A stretch of DNA of 61,594 nucleotides, filler included, from Asterionella formosa (GCA_002256025.1; 4 parts of 4 records of this genome joined end to end with filler, not necessarily neighbours in it); one strand, 5' to 3'. Shown: positions 1-13,689, counted from the whole stretch's first letter. Translations and numbers: made by a program. Notes: generated from the letters alone by a model not told the origin.

Positions 1-470
1 GAGGATGGATCCCACCTAACGTTCCTCGTTGAACGACCTCACCGATCAAGTTCAGGTCGTGAGGATGGATCCCACCAAACGGGCCGCGGAGAACGATCTC
101 ACCGATCAAGTTCAGGTCGCGAGGATGGATCCCACCAAACAGGTCGCGGAGAACGATCTCACCGATCAGGTTCAGGTCACGAGGATGGATCCCACCAAAC
201 GGGTCGCGGAGAACGATCTCACCAATCAAGTTCAGGTCACGAGGATGGATCCCACAGAACAGGGCGTGGAGAACGATCTCACCAATCAAGTTCAGGTCAC
301 GAGGATGGATCCCACAGAACAGGGCGTGGAGAACGATCAAACCGATCAAGTTCAGGCCGCGACGAATCCTACCGATCGGACCATAGAGGACGATCTCACC
401 GTTCAAGTTTAGTCCGCGATGAAGGATCCTACCGATCGGACCGTGGAGAACGATCAGACCGACCACCCTT
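1..470 (+). repeat. 60-bp coding tandem repeat (6 good copies plus about 2 degenerate)
   Basis: gaggatggatcccac...gatcaagttcaggtc recurs at 1, 61, 121, 181, 241 and 301, then decays. Confidence 0.95.
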
Positions 471-753
471 GGATCACAGTGAAGGAGCATCTCGAAGATC
501 GGAGGATGCATCTCGCCGATCAATATCAAAAACTGATGAAGGGTCCAGACGGTCGACGTCGGGACGTGGCGACGAGCATTCATCTCACCAGTCAGCTAGG
601 ACCCCGATGATAGCGTTGTATTCCGATCCTGTGGAATTGGCAAAGGAGCGTATGGCCATTGCCAGGTCGGATGCAGAGTCTCGAAAAATTCTTCGGTCGC
701 AGTCTTCTAGCCGATTGGAAAGCTCCAAATTTGACAATGTTGAAATCGTGTAG
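1..753 (+). CDS. 3' part of a Ser/Arg/Gly/His-rich protein with 20-aa tandem repeats (5' end outside window)
   Basis: Frame 1 is open from base 1 to TAG at 751-753, reading EDGSHQTGRGERSHRSSSGR repeats and running into the 469..753 ORF. The 29..412 ORF is a shadow frame of the same repeat. Confidence 0.6.
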   Translation, partial: EDGSHLTFLVERPHRSSSGREDGSHQTGRGERSHRSSSGREDGSHQTGRGERSHRSGSGHEDGSHQTGRGERSHQSSSGHEDGSHRTGRGERSHQSSSGHEDGSHRTGRGERSNRSSSGRDESYRSDHRGRSHRSSLVRDEGSYRSDRGERSDRPPLDHSEGASRRSEDASRRSISKTDEGSRRSTSGRGDEHSSHQSARTPMIALYSDPVELAKERMAIARSDAESRKILRSQSSSRLESSKFDNVEIV

Positions 754-1316
754 ATAGTTACTGTGGGAATCAGCAATAGTTATGAATCGGTATCTACGTA
801 TTCATAGAAGAAGACGCCGTTAATTGACAAGACCACCTTGTACCTGGTAACTTAACCCCTTGGTTTTTACCTGTACTCATATTTTAAAGTTTCATCATAA
901 GCCATTGACCTGCTTTGCTTTTAATTTGAAATATGAGCGAAGATTCCTATTTATGCTCTACCGAAGGTGGTTTTCACAAACTGGTACCAGGTACCTGGTC
1001 CGAAAAGTATGTGATGGTCGACGCTCGGTTACTATACACGGTATAGTATTTTCACAATATTAAGTTCTTCGTTGGTAATTTTAGCTAAGTAAAATCGTAC
1101 TCCGGAGTACAGGAGTAACTACATAAGCCCCGGGCTATCAGGGCGCAGCAGCATCAAAATGTATGAATGACAAAGGCGAGCAATCATGGGAACTGAAAAT
1201 CACATACCTATATAATTATTGAAAGTGTATGATATGGTTGTTGGTGTGGTGATGCTAACAGAACAAAAGCAACAACACCAATCCAATCCAACCCTCGTGA
1301 CCACTGCTAGCTAATC

Positions 1317-2666
1317 ATGGACTCAATGAGTTGCGTACTGACATCGGCAGAAGCCGAACAAGCAATTCAATCATTGCAACGAATCATCCAGTACCCCACT
1401 GTCTCCGCCACTGCCGCAGAATCAGGCGCCTACAAGGAGTGCGCCATGTACATTCTCCAACAACTGGAAGGACTCGAGTGCTTGACAAACGTTCATTTAC
1501 TCCTTGAAGCGCCTGAACATTCACCTGTCGTACTGGCTTGTTGGAAGGGCAAGGACGAGACTCTTCCAATCATTCTACTGAATTCGCACTACGATGTGGT
1601 CCCAGCAGCGCAAGTGGACTGGACTGTCCCGGCCTTTGAGGGACTCAGGAAAGATGGAAACATTTACGGCCGGGGGGCCCAGGATATGAAGTGCGTATGT
1701 GTACAATACATCGAAGCCATTCGAAAATTGGCATCGACAGGGTTTACACCAGAACGAAGTATCTGGCTGTCCTTTGTGCCGGATGAAGAAGTTGGGGGAT
1801 CCGGCATGGCGGCGTTGCTGGACTCGGATTTATACAAGAATCAGTGGCCAAACATTGCTCTCGCATTAGATGAAGGACTGGCTTCGACTGACAATGTATT
1901 TTCTGTCTTTTACGGGGAGCGATTGCCGTGGTGGATTGATGTGACGGCAACTGGAAACACGGGACATGGTAGTCGCTTTATAGAGAATACAGCCATTGAA
2001 CAGTTGATCGATCTTGCCAACAAGGCTCTAGCATTCAGAGAAGGGCAAAGACTTGCGTTGCATGATGGACAGAAGCATCACAATTGCGCTCATGCGGTAG
2101 CGGCGAAAAAGGTTTTGGGAGATGTCACTTCGTTGAACATTACCACCCTGCAAGCCGGTGTGCGAGTTGCAGATACGTATGCGTATAATTGTGTTCCTCC
2201 CGTTGCCAAGTGCTCTTTGGACATTCGGATTTCTCCGCATGTGCCACCTCATGAGATAAAGGACATGTTGGATGGGTGGTGCAAGGAATGTTCCAAAACA
2301 GACGATCACAAACTATCTTGGGATTACATTGGTCATAGGAATGATTTGCAATGTCACGCAACTACCTCCATTGATGCTGATGTCAATCCATGGTATTCAA
2401 TTTTTTGTGAATCCTTAAAGAAGCAGGGTATGGAATTGAACCCGCAAGTCTTTCCTGCTGCCACGGACTCAAGATTTCTGCGAGTTCTTGGCATTCGGGC
2501 ATTTGGGTTTTCTCCCATGAGGAATTGTGAAATCATGCTGCACGAGAATGACGAGTATATTCCGGAACGAGTTTTTGTAGAAGGTGTGGAAGTGTATGTT
2601 GGTATCATTCAATCCTTGGGGAGCCAGACAGAAATAGAGGTGGATAGAATGTCCAAAAAAAAGTGA
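1317..2666 (+). CDS. ACY1: Aminoacylase-1 (peptidase M20A)
   Basis: Motifs LNSHYDVVP, YGRGAQDMK, FVPDEEVGG, ALDEG, FPAATDSRFLR and LHENDE in a single 449-aa ORF. Confidence 0.93.
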   Translation: MDSMSCVLTSAEAEQAIQSLQRIIQYPTVSATAAESGAYKECAMYILQQLEGLECLTNVHLLLEAPEHSPVVLACWKGKDETLPIILLNSHYDVVPAAQVDWTVPAFEGLRKDGNIYGRGAQDMKCVCVQYIEAIRKLASTGFTPERSIWLSFVPDEEVGGSGMAALLDSDLYKNQWPNIALALDEGLASTDNVFSVFYGERLPWWIDVTATGNTGHGSRFIENTAIEQLIDLANKALAFREGQRLALHDGQKHHNCAHAVAAKKVLGDVTSLNITTLQAGVRVADTYAYNCVPPVAKCSLDIRISPHVPPHEIKDMLDGWCKECSKTDDHKLSWDYIGHRNDLQCHATTSIDADVNPWYSIFCESLKKQGMELNPQVFPAATDSRFLRVLGIRAFGFSPMRNCEIMLHENDEYIPERVFVEGVEVYVGIIQSLGSQTEIEVDRMSKKK

Positions 2667-2744
2667 GGTTTGTACAGAGTAGAGGGAATAAAACTTATCA
2701 TTAATTGAACAGATCTTTTCATGCTTTATCCTTATAGGATACTT

Positions 2745-4312
2745 TCAACGTGGAACTCTACTTCTACGACCAAACATCATTAATTTGTAAACGGTCCAGT
2801 GAGATCGAGCATGAAAGGCTTTAGGGCAAAATTCTTGATGTGTTTCTCCTTGTGTCGCCCGCAATGAAAAAGTTGTATCGAAAGGCACAGTCTTCATGAT
2901 CACTTCAACGCCTGATGCAATCTTCGCCCTGTTCGTTGGTGATGATGATCTTTGCTTTATGATAGTAGCTCTATTATTTTGGCCGTTGATCGATTTCTCC
3001 GTATCAACGTCACCTTCTTCGATCTCGGCTGTAACACTGACCGCAGTGGAAGCTAATGCCCATGATGGAGGGGCCTTCATGATTGATAGGGAACACGATT
3101 TCTCGATAGTTTCTTCAGTAGGGATCGCTTTATGATAGTTTGCTGATAACTTCAAAAGGGATCTTGGAGGTACTTCTCGCATCATATGAAATGCATAGTC
3201 CAACAAGTCTTGAGCAGTTATGCCACTATCTGAATCCCAGTCTGGTTGAATCTTAGCTGGAAAAGTACGCATCATCATGTACGCCATTGCAGGATCGGGA
3301 TCGGAACATATCAATTCTTGCTTGTTGTATGGATGAGTAAGTAACGCGACTGCAAAGTATAAAGGAAACATTGGATGCGAGCAGAGAAAGGCATCAAGCA
3401 ATCGACTTGCAACTTCTTCCTTGTGAATATCATGGCTGAACCACGTTACAATCCAAGGCAACATTCCGTTTGACATTTCCACTTCCGCGTCCACCAAGAA
3501 GTCATGTACATCCTGGTCAACTCTATCAATCAAGGGTAATAAAATACGGTCCAGAAACCAAGCCATTTGATGAAAGTCTTGTCGTAGAGCGTCTCGAAAG
3601 TGAGTTTGACAAATTCTCCGCATCACGGAACTTGTCAAGTTAACATCCTCGAGATTGAGGAGCATCACACCGGCAACGTCATGAAGTCCTTGATAATAAT
3701 GAATCTTGCCTTGTTGACGACTCAGAGGTGAAGCAATCGTCGCTTCTAGGACTGATGCCAGTCTCTCCTGTTGAATTGACTTTACACTTTTCGGAGAAAA
3801 TTCCTCGCCTGCCAGAACCAATTCAGTAACAGATTGAGGGGATGGAGCGCTACCACGTTTTTGGTATCGATAGAGAACTGACCTCCCAGCATCTCGGCGA
3901 ATCAGCTCAACATCTTTTTCGTCTATAGTGTGCGCCCCCTTTGTCGACTCCGTTGGATGACGCGCAACAGATAACCGAAGTCCCACAAGCAACGGCCAAG
4001 CGTGCTGTCGCATTTCCGCTGTGATTGACAAGATTTAGGTCAGAAGAGCCCTGAAACGTACACGACAAGGATTCGAACGTAATACCTACCGTTCACAAGT
4101 CCACCAGAAGTCAACGAAAGCTCTCGTAGCTCCCAGAGGTCGATCACATCCTTTTTCAGACAAGCCCGGATCATCCTGACCTTGGCGTCGCGTTGTTCCG
4201 AGACACGGAACGTTTGCTCCCCTTCTTCACCTTGGTCCTGGAAATCATCCATGTTGATCATAACGCGCGTCGATGCTAGAGGCCTTGATGAACCAACGGC
4301 AGTAGCATACAT
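2745..4312 (-). CDS. TBC-domain RabGAP, TBC1D20/Gyp8-like (2 exons; intron 4019-4089; start codon uncertain)
   Basis: Splicing GTAGGT..CAG restores GGLVNAEMRQHAWPLL. Also IRRDAGRS (R finger), HYYQGLHDV (Q finger), WIVTWFSHD and SHPMFPLYF. Confidence 0.85.
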
Positions 4313-4547
4313 ACAAGTAAGGTGCACGTCGGCACTTGAATTCCTAATTATAATGGTGCTGAGTAAATTTCTGATTTTCAGTTCGTCGCGACAGTATCAG
4401 GATGATGTGCGTACCATCTATATTGGAATTGTCTACATGAATGAATTTTGAAAAAACATCAAAGGGCCTTCGTGACCGAAACAATTGTTACGGTTCACTC
4501 TCCTGCTTGAGTTTTTTACTATCTACCGGTGGTGGTAGGGGTCGAAA

Positions 4548-5201
4548 ACCAGTACCCTGGTACCCGGTACCTGGTAAATGCTGGTCGTTCTTGGAATACC
4601 ATCACATGGAAGGTCCGGTAAAACACAGTTTTTACTTAAGAACAGACTAAGCTAAATATCTCGATTACCGGACCTTCCTGTGGTATCAGGTGCCTTGTAG
4701 GAGAACTGGTAGACTACTTGTACCAGGTACCAGGTACCTGGTACCAACAAGCCAATAGCAGCCATGACTTCTATATCCACAACTTACACACAATCGCACA
4801 GTACCAGGTAACGATTTCTGAGCAAGCAGTACCTGGTACCAGGAACCATGTACCAGTACCGTATGTCGCACCAGTATCGGTGTTACAGTCCGGTTACCAG
4901 GGGGTACCTGATCCCGCCTTGGATTGGCCTACTGCACAGCATGGATTGAAATTCCAATTTGATAGCTACAGGTAGACCAATCAGATTGTCGAGCACGCCA
5001 TCCAGAGCTGAAGCAGCCAACGACAAAGACCGACACACTCGCCGACGAGGTCAACGAAGCAACTCCACACAAGTTCAGGCTACCACGGTAACAGCTCTGT
5101 GTGGAAATGGGTGTAGGAGCAGTACATAAAGCAAATTACCTGGTACCTGGTACCGCAACTTGCCGGTATGTACCTGTTACCTGGTACCACTGGTACCGGT
5201 A
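4548..5201. repeat. Densest example of the intergenic TACC(A/T)GG / TACCGG micro-repeat clusters
   Basis: gtaccaggtaccaggtacctggtacc at 4720-4745 and tacctggtacctggtacc at 5137-5154. About 20 similar clusters occur elsewhere in intergenic DNA. Confidence 0.85.
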
Positions 5202-5508
5202 TGTTGATCATCACGAGAAATTGTTCGTGGCTGCTTGTCTGACCATTGGCTGTGCATAAATATCAAACAGGAACAGACAAGGGATGAGTTTTCCATTGTT
5301 ACGAGGAAATTTCGTTGGCCAGACAACAAAACACTTTGTTGAGGTTGAGCAAAAAAGATCGGCGAAGAGTAACGAGTCTTCAAATGTGGAAGATTTCTTT
5401 ACCAAAGGCAACGTGAGGTCTACGACAATTCCAGGAACTGTGTGCGTCCTTCTCACTCCGCCAAACAAGGCTTCATTTACCTTTCCTTGTCATCGAAATC
5501 CCTGGACC

Positions 5509-6691
5509 ATGAAGCTCGCTGTCTCCGCCCTCCTCATCGGCTCCGCCGCTGCCTTCTCAAGCCCTTCCATGACCTTCTCTATTGGAAAGAAGGGCAAGCC
5601 AGCTCCTAAGAAGCCAGTTCTTAAGAAGGGGGCCGCTAAAGTAAAGGTGTGTCTAGATTCGAAGCAGCCATTGAGGAATACCCACATGTGTCACGCGAAA
5701 ACAGCGTTACTCCCAAGACTCGATGCGAAGGTTTCTGAACTATGAACGCTGCCCACTGCAATATATCATGGGTTTGATCAACCATTGATTGTGTCATGGC
5801 GGACAATCAGCTCGAGGCTTGACTCCTGCTGAGAGGATACACAAGTTTCAGTTATCCCGACTTCAATTGCTTCAGAAATTTTTGGAAAATCTTCAATCTG
5901 TGTCAGGCTTAAAGGGATCTAAAACTCCTGGTTGTTAGAAATAAATTGGACTGTTGCACATGGCTCACCTTTTTCTCTTCTTTTGTTAGGCTGTCGGGGG
6001 TGCTTCCCCTTCTGCTCAGGCTTGGGCCAGTGCCGTGCCTTCGATTGCCCTTCCGTTCGCGAAGGCTCCTGGTACCCTTGATGGATCCATGTTGGGAGAT
6101 GTTGGTTTCGATCCCCTTGGTTTCTCCACTGTCCCTGTCGGACCTTGGTTCAATGGTTTTGAAGGACGCGAAGGGAAGGTTTCTGACCTCACCTGGTACC
6201 GCGAGGCCGAGCTTATCCATGGACGTATCGCCCAGCTCGCTGTTGTCGGCTTCATCGCCCCTGGTCTTTTCGGAACCCTCCCAGGCAACGAGTGGACCGG
6301 TCTTGATGCCTACTCTAACACCAACCCTGTTGCGGCATTCTCCCAGGTTCCTGGACTTGCCATTCTTCAGATCTTCCTGTTCATGACTTTCCTTGAAATT
6401 CGTCGAATTGGAATCATCCGCGAAGAGGGATCCAGTTACCAGGCTGGAGACCTTCGTATTGGACAGGGCAGCGGCCGCTACAACCCTTTCGGTCTCAACT
6501 ATTCCCCTGAACAATATGAAGAGAAGCAACTTCAGGAGTTGAAGCACTGTCGCCTTGCCATGATTGGAATCTTCGGACTCTGGGCTCAGGCCATTGCCTC
6601 TGGTGAATCAGTCATTGATCAGCTCGGTGCTGGACTCACTGCCCCTGAATACTACGCCAAGGCTGGATACTTCCTCCCTGAAGGCATCTAA
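5509..6691 (+). CDS. Light-harvesting (fucoxanthin-chlorophyll a/c) protein, probably Lhcr-type; exon 1 5509-5646 (or 5640), exon 2 5990-6691
   Basis: Signal peptide ending AAA|F (ASAFAP-like). LHC motifs GDVGFDPLG, YREAELIHGRIAQLA and QELKHCRLAMI. The GT-AG splice stays in frame. Confidence 0.92.
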
Positions 6692-7375
6692 GTTATTAAC
6701 TTCACTGTTTGAAGCAAGTGAAGATAATGTACCCTCCCGTGTTCCTTGGTGTGTTGACTGAAGGGAATGCAAAACTACCTTGCTTAATTCTATGCTAATA
6801 TGGAGTCAAAGTAACCCCTGTTTAGATAGCAAACACACGTCACCTGACTGCCGTTTGTGAGCACTTAGACTTCGTTGATCAAGATAATTCTGATACCATA
6901 GGATTGTTATGATGACATCTTCTTTCTAGCATTGTATGTAAGGAAAGCGAAAAATTGTGTCCTAGTCGAAATGGCATGATTGTGAACAACACTACTGGTA
7001 GTGATTTGACTTCACTCTAAATACAGGAGGATATTCTGTGTGGATATTAGTTCTTATGCATCATTCACTTTGATCATGGGATGTGCCACTTTTTGAGGTG
7101 AAGGAGTTTCGGAAAGACCCCAAAACCACCTAGCTGTACCCGTACTTTGTGGAAATTCATTTACAGGTAGCTCGCACGTCAATAAACCATGGCGACGAAA
7201 GGGGCCATGTCGATTCCTCGCGATTCAAGAATTTCCTCTCCCATGTGCGTAGAAGGCAGTAGGAATATGGAACCTCAGTACAAATACAGTAGAAATCTAC
7301 GGCAAAAATTGTCAGACAGACTTAGTCTTCACATAAATCTCATGTCATAGACAAAGCAATCGATAGATTGCGACA

Positions 7376-9459
7376 ATGGCTGACAATAGCGACAATAACG
7401 ACGCTTCCGACGACGAAATTGTGGAATCGGCTGAAGCTACAGGAGATGAAATCGACTTCTTTGATCACGAACCATCGAAACAAGAGAAGATCTTGGTAAG
7501 GAGTATGGAACCGCTGTCGTTTGCCATATTTGACCATCATTGTCCCTCGTTGAGATTCCCATCATTGATTCCTACAGGAAAAGTAGTACATGTGCACTAC
7601 ATAGATTCCGAATGTTGTTCAATTTTTTTGCTTTGTCGAAACAATACTTTCGTGGGTTCTATCTACGTTCAATAATGCGTTGACTTTTTGGCCGAGGCAT
7701 TCCTACGTAAATTTTCAACCCAACGGATGAGCATGCAAGTTACCAGCAAGCTCCAAAAAAACACCCATATTCCCGGAATAAATAGTTACTATTTCATTTT
7801 TCCCTCACTTTCTGGAAGCTATATTGCATGCCGTGCCTATGCTAGCTAACATGAGACTCCTCAATTCCTATACCGCTGCAGATGAGAAAAGCCAATAAAC
7901 AGCCCTCTGAGTGGCTCAAATTACTTTGCAAGGATTGGGCACGCGAGAACGAAGATTTGGTTGCAGAGACAGACATCAAATTCGTCGAATACAAATCTTA
8001 CATGAAGGGGATGCTTTCGGCTCAACTTCTATGCCGGTTATCCATTGCGCAAAATAAGGACCACGATGGCTCTGAAACAAATCCCCTGGTAGATTTTTGG
8101 GATATCCTAGGAATCGACGATGATTTTGACAAGGCATATATAGTTGCTCAAGTTGACCGATTCTGCACCCTCTACAGCATTCGTGGGCCCGTCCTTGACG
8201 ATGTACATACTGTGCTAACCGAAAATTTTGGAGCTTCTGGTGCCGCAGCAGCTGCTGCCGTGGCAGCTGGGATGGCAATGTCTCCTGGAAACTTATCCCA
8301 TCTCCCTCCTGGTAGTTGGCACGGCATGGATGGCGCCGCTGCTGTTGCAGCGGCTGCAGCAGGTTAGTTTCCGCCATGCCGCCATGTTGTATGCTACGAA
8401 AGTCTGGAAAACCTTAAAACTAACGTCCTCAATTCTTTTTGATTTGGTATAGCTGCTGCCGCTGCTGCTGCAAATGCCGATGCCAGTACCAGGTTGAACA
8501 AGAGGCAAGCGGGCGAAATTGCGAAAGCGCATAAGATGGCCAAGGACGCCGAGAAGGCCCTCGAGGCGGAACGACGATCTTCCCAAAAACGTGAACAGCG
8601 CCGTTTGTCCATGGAGAGAAGGGAGTCAAAGCTTCGAGAGCGTGAAAATTTTCAGTATCGCAAGTCTCTTGAAAGGACAGCACGCGAATCCACTCGTGAA
8701 GAAAGGCGACAAAAGAAGTTGGCGATGCGTAATCAGCGGGAGAAGTTTGCAAACGAGCAAAAGGAAGCAGCATTAAAACGGGCAGCTGAGTTAGTTGCTT
8801 CCAATCGCGTGCCTATCGAAATAACGCGTGGTGCGGTTGCAGCCAAGGCTGCGGCGATTGCTGCAGTCGCTGCCACTGGCAATGTCATCCTTGAACCAAA
8901 GGACTTGGATGATAAGAAAAACCGATCTTCAATTGTGGTGTCCACGGCGTCTGATTTGCATCAGATTGTAACGCACTCCAAAAATTTGTGGACAAAATAC
9001 AATGCCATTGCGAAAGAACACAACCAAAAGGTCAACTGGCTCACCGTGGCAAGGGAACTTGGTGTTCATGTCAAGGTCCGAGAAAAGTACGCGCGCATGC
9101 ATGCTAGAGCCGAATACCGAGGTTTCGATTGGGAGAAGCATGGTCACTACAAGATCAAGGACTGCCCTGGCATATTTCTTGAGCCGACACAGGCTGAACA
9201 GAGAGCCAGAATGCCTCCACCGCCACGTGACCTGTCTACGACTGTTGTAATCGACGACGGAACGCAGGAGGACGATGCCATTGCTGCAGCGGCGGCAGTC
9301 GTCGATGCAGCCGGAGTCAAGATGGAAAATGGATGCGTCGTTGAGACTGTTGTGCAACCAACAGAGGAACAAACGGCCGCGGCTGCTGCAGTTGCAGCTA
9401 CTCTCGTTGCCGATCCAACTGCTGACCTGGTGGACGTGGATCAAATTTCACGGGGTTAG
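7376..9459 (+). CDS. Unknown protein with poly-Ala tracts and a charged coiled coil (exons 7376-7495, 7882-8362, 8453-9459)
   Basis: GT-AG junctions join ORFs 7376, 7882 and 8494 with consistent phases (0 and 1). Confidence 0.75.
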
Positions 9460-9498
9460 GGATAAAAAGTGTCTAGGGACGTTAGTAACCATCATTTA

Positions 9499-10076
9499 TT
9501 AGATACCCTCTTTGTATTTAGTTTTCTGCCAGTGCTCAGATGTCTCGTCTTGACCAGTATCCAACCTATCCATCTCAGCCTTTTCCTTGGCTTCGCGTTC
9601 CATTTTTTCTCGTTTTCTCAGCCTCTTACGTTCCTTTCGAAACATAGCCTCAAGCATCTCTGAGTTCTGCCTTTGGTGCTTTTCACTGCTAACTGCCAGT
9701 TTAACTGAGAATCCATCGTCACCGACCTTTTTCAGCGATCCGTCATTATCATATCGACGATCACCAATGCCTTCAATCTCCTTTATCTTCAATTTCTCGC
9801 CTGAAAAGCCCAGAGGTGAACGAATGAGTATTTCACTCCAAAACTTTGGAACTCCCATGCATCGTACTCACCTTGTTCTCCAATATTCTCGTGTGCTTTG
9901 GAGATCGCCCATTGCATAATGTACCAACCGGAAACGACGGGGATTGAACAATAAACACCTCCCATCACTGCTCGCCCCCATGGTGGTAAAGGATACCGCC
10001 ATCCATTGTGAATTCGGTGCTTCAGTCGCTCGTGTGCCTCACTTAATCTTTGAATATACTCGAAGAATGACGGCAT
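9499..10076 (-). CDS. Small unknown single-pass membrane protein (exons 10076-9872, 9800-9499)
   Basis: Intron GTGAGT..CAG (9871-9801) joins AHENIGEQ-G-EKLKIKE. One hydrophobic segment and a charged C-terminus. Confidence 0.7.
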
Positions 10077-13000
10077 TGTGCTGATCTGGAAACAAAGAAT
10101 TAGTAATTCATGCCTTTATCATGGGGCTCTAATAATGCATCCTGGGTACCGGTATTTGGATCAAACCATAATTAATATGTATGTACTAAAACAAAAATTA
10201 TTTCACTTATCGAATAATTTTTATGTGTTCTAACCAATAACCAATTGTTGTAGGGGGGGGGGGATTGTGATCTTGGAAAGCTTCCATATTCTTCATGATC
10301 ACTTATCACTGGAACACTGCAGATAGGGAAGTTATGTCACATGCATGACAGCAGATTAGTGGAAAGGGGAGAGATAGTATTGTACCACAGAAACAAATAA
10401 TTGATCAGGAAATTCTTCATGAATGATGAACACCTAAAGATTGATGCTGAAGCAAAACTTGGAAATATTGTGACCCCGCCCCTTGTGAACACTCTTTTGA
10501 CCATACTACCTTGATTAACAGCTTGAATGAAGGGGAGTAGCAGAGAACTATTACAACGTATGGTGAACAGGCACAATATGCTGGCAATATGTGTGAACAA
10601 TACATATGTATGTTGAACCTATGGATTTATAGCAGACTGCCAACTAATACTACCAGCAGTAAAACTAACAGGGGTATGAAATTAATATAAAGAGCATGCA
10701 TTGTTAAGAGAATTACATATTTGGTAAACGTTTTTCTCTGTGTCTGGCAATGATTGGGTTTGTCATGATTTGCACTGCAGTTGTTCATACCCTAATTTCA
10801 CTTTCCTTTACAAATATGTTTTGAATTTGTCCTTTCTGTTTGCAAAGTATACTGGTACTTACCGGTATTCTAACATATGCCAATGTATGAAGCAGTATAA
10901 AGCAAGAACCGGTACATACGTCTGCATAGTACTCTGAGTGGGATGAGTAAGTTGCTTCAATTGGCTGAGGAGCTGCATTTAACAATGATATTATTATTTT
11001 ATGTATGATGTAGTATAGCAACCATCCATCTAAGCCGCGAAATACGCCACTTTTCAAGATTTGTTCTATGTAGGAATGTTAATTATGTGGTACTTCACAT
11101 GAATTAATGCTACTCCTCCCATAGAAAGGTTACTTTTAACGGGTTTTTGTGAAGATTTCACAAAAAACTTTGAACTCGAGACTAAATTAGTTGATGTTTC
11201 AAATATTCATTTCAAAGTTCAACTAAGTCCGCTCTTGAGGCTAATTCATTTAAGACATGCATCTTCCTTTGTGAAATAGCAAGGATATTTGTGGTGTCTT
11301 AATTCATGCTACAGTAGTGTCTTAATTCAGCTACAGTTTATGGTTGTGCACTTCACGTAAATAATATTTACTATTATACTGAACATGATTACTTGTCGTG
11401 GTTTCATTTGATGGTTCACAATCATACGGTTATTTCCAAAGCAGGAATAGTTGATGTTACAACTATATATTTTTAAAGTTCAAGATAAATTTTTTAGATG
11501 ATAAATCATTGCGAAAGACAACTCACTACTAATTGTTTGATTGCAATCTGCCCTTATTTGATTGAGAAAAACGGAGCGAAATGGATCTCGAGAAATATCG
11601 CAACATGACTCGTGATGTAAGCAACAGCCAACCATAATGATCACAAAACAGGTACGGAACGAATCATTTAATATTGAGCGAATTTGAAAGGCTAAACTAA
11701 ATATCTATTCGAATTGGTGTGTGTTATCGACTGCAAATCTTCGGAGTACTATTGGGCATGAATTGATGGAGAAAATCGAAGCGATGTGGTTGTCAGCAAC
11801 TGGGTGCATGAAGCATATCAACAATCATCATTACCATCGATATTGTCAGCATCCAATATGAATTCTCTTATTCTTTTACAAAAACTGTATTTCGTATGAA
11901 TTCTAAAGATACAAAATATATGAATAACATACCTGTATTGTGAATATGTCAGAAATGGCATCGTGATGCTGAGTGTGTTGACCTCAGCTAATGAATAGGT
12001 ATGGTATCTCAGACTAGGTACCAGTATACAAGGCCTACATAGGGCTATGATACATACTACCAGTACCAGGTACCAGGTACCTGGTACCTTGGGTCTTTTG
12101 ACCCTGCACTCAGACATACTAGCTAACAAATAGCTATACTTTATGGTACCACCAGGTACTCCTGGCTGGTAGAAAACAGCTCGACGTTGCAAGTGTGAGA
12201 CTGTAGGTTTGCCCTACCAGTATTTCAGTCTTCCCCTTTGTCTTTTTACAATAGGAATTATGCTGTTCGTACTGTGAAACTGTACTCATTTCTACGTGCG
12301 TACTGTGGAACTGTAGGTTGCTTTGCCCTACCAGCATTCCCGTATTCACCTTGTTACAATAGAATATGGCGTTCGTACTACTGTGAATATATTAAGAGTA
12401 ACCATTGGCTGTGTCCTCTCCTTCTTGTCATATTTGTTTTAGGTCACACTTGTACTAGCATCAGAATTTGTCCCGACGAAGTAAGACTGCGCCAGGCTTT
12501 TTTCGTGTAGATTGTAGGTTCTGTTGGTACAAAGATGAAGTCATGGCTGCGCCAGGATTCTTTACCCCCTCTGAATTCATAAAGAAAACATTTTTTTAAA
12601 CACCACTGTGCACAATATGTTTTCAACATTGGCGATGACCCTTAAAACCATCATCCCCCTTATGCTTTTCAGCGCCTCACCATTAACAAATCCTTCATCA
12701 GCCAAGAACTCACATATTGTTTGTTGCAACAACAGAAGGTGGAATGATGTAACATTGAGATTGTAAGCAATCGATGCTTTTAAGGTAAGATTTATTTGCT
12801 AACTAATTTTGCTATCATATCACCAAGTGAAGGATAACTCATACTGATATGCTGTTGTTTTCAAAATTCATTTGACATTTGAACAGGCCTTTTCAGAAAA
12901 GGAGTGTTCTTTGGAAAGCATGAGTGATAGAGGGTGAAATGATACAAAATGGAGACACGCAATGGAGGCCTTTAAGGTAGCTAAGCTCAATCTTCAGTTT

Positions 13001-13689
13001 TTGTCATTGTATCAGCAAAGCGAGCGATAAATCACATGGTTCTGTTATTGTTCTCTACATTTTTTTTACATTTTAGCCGTCCATTTCACAACAGGAGCAT
13101 TCTTTTGAATGCATCAGTGAGTTGTGGTGCTGCCTGATTGTTGCCGGTTTGTTGCTTCAATTCGACTGTCCCAAGGAACAGTTGAATGCTACTACATCTG
13201 TGTGTTGCTTTCTGCTGTTGCTAGTTCTATCATATGTATTACTGACACACTGTTGTTATGTAAATCTTTGCAGGTCAATGTACTAGCTAGAAGTCATTTC
13301 AAGGACAAGAAGGAAGCCAGTGTGTGATGCATTCGCTCATGTTGCAACTTCGTACAATGATGCCTGTTCAAGAGTGAATGAATGGCTTCTCTTCGTCTTG
13401 CAATGTCCTTACAGATGTCTCATCTCAAGAGTATGAAACCATTGATCATGTAGGCACGGATCTCCGTGCCCAACACAAAATAGTTCATATATAAAGCAAA
13501 TGGTGTTGCTGTCCCATGCCGCTTTTAGTGGTTATTAGCAGAGCCACTGATTGCGGAAAGAAGGCTATTTGAAGCGGCGTGGGAGGATGTTCTATTGTTG
13601 AGTAAAGCAACATGAACCAAGAATATGTACTACCGGTACTCTGGTACTTCGGTACCTGCTACCGCACTGATCTTTATTAAACCAACATA

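Noticed and set aside
29..412. 127-aa repeat ORF (DQVQVTRMDPT)
   Set aside because: It starts at TTG and is a shadow frame. Frame 1 stays open into unique C-terminal sequence.
5909..6547. 212-aa antisense ORF over the LHC gene, and similar antisense ORFs over other genes
   Set aside because: Explained by the codon bias of the sense gene; no independent motifs.
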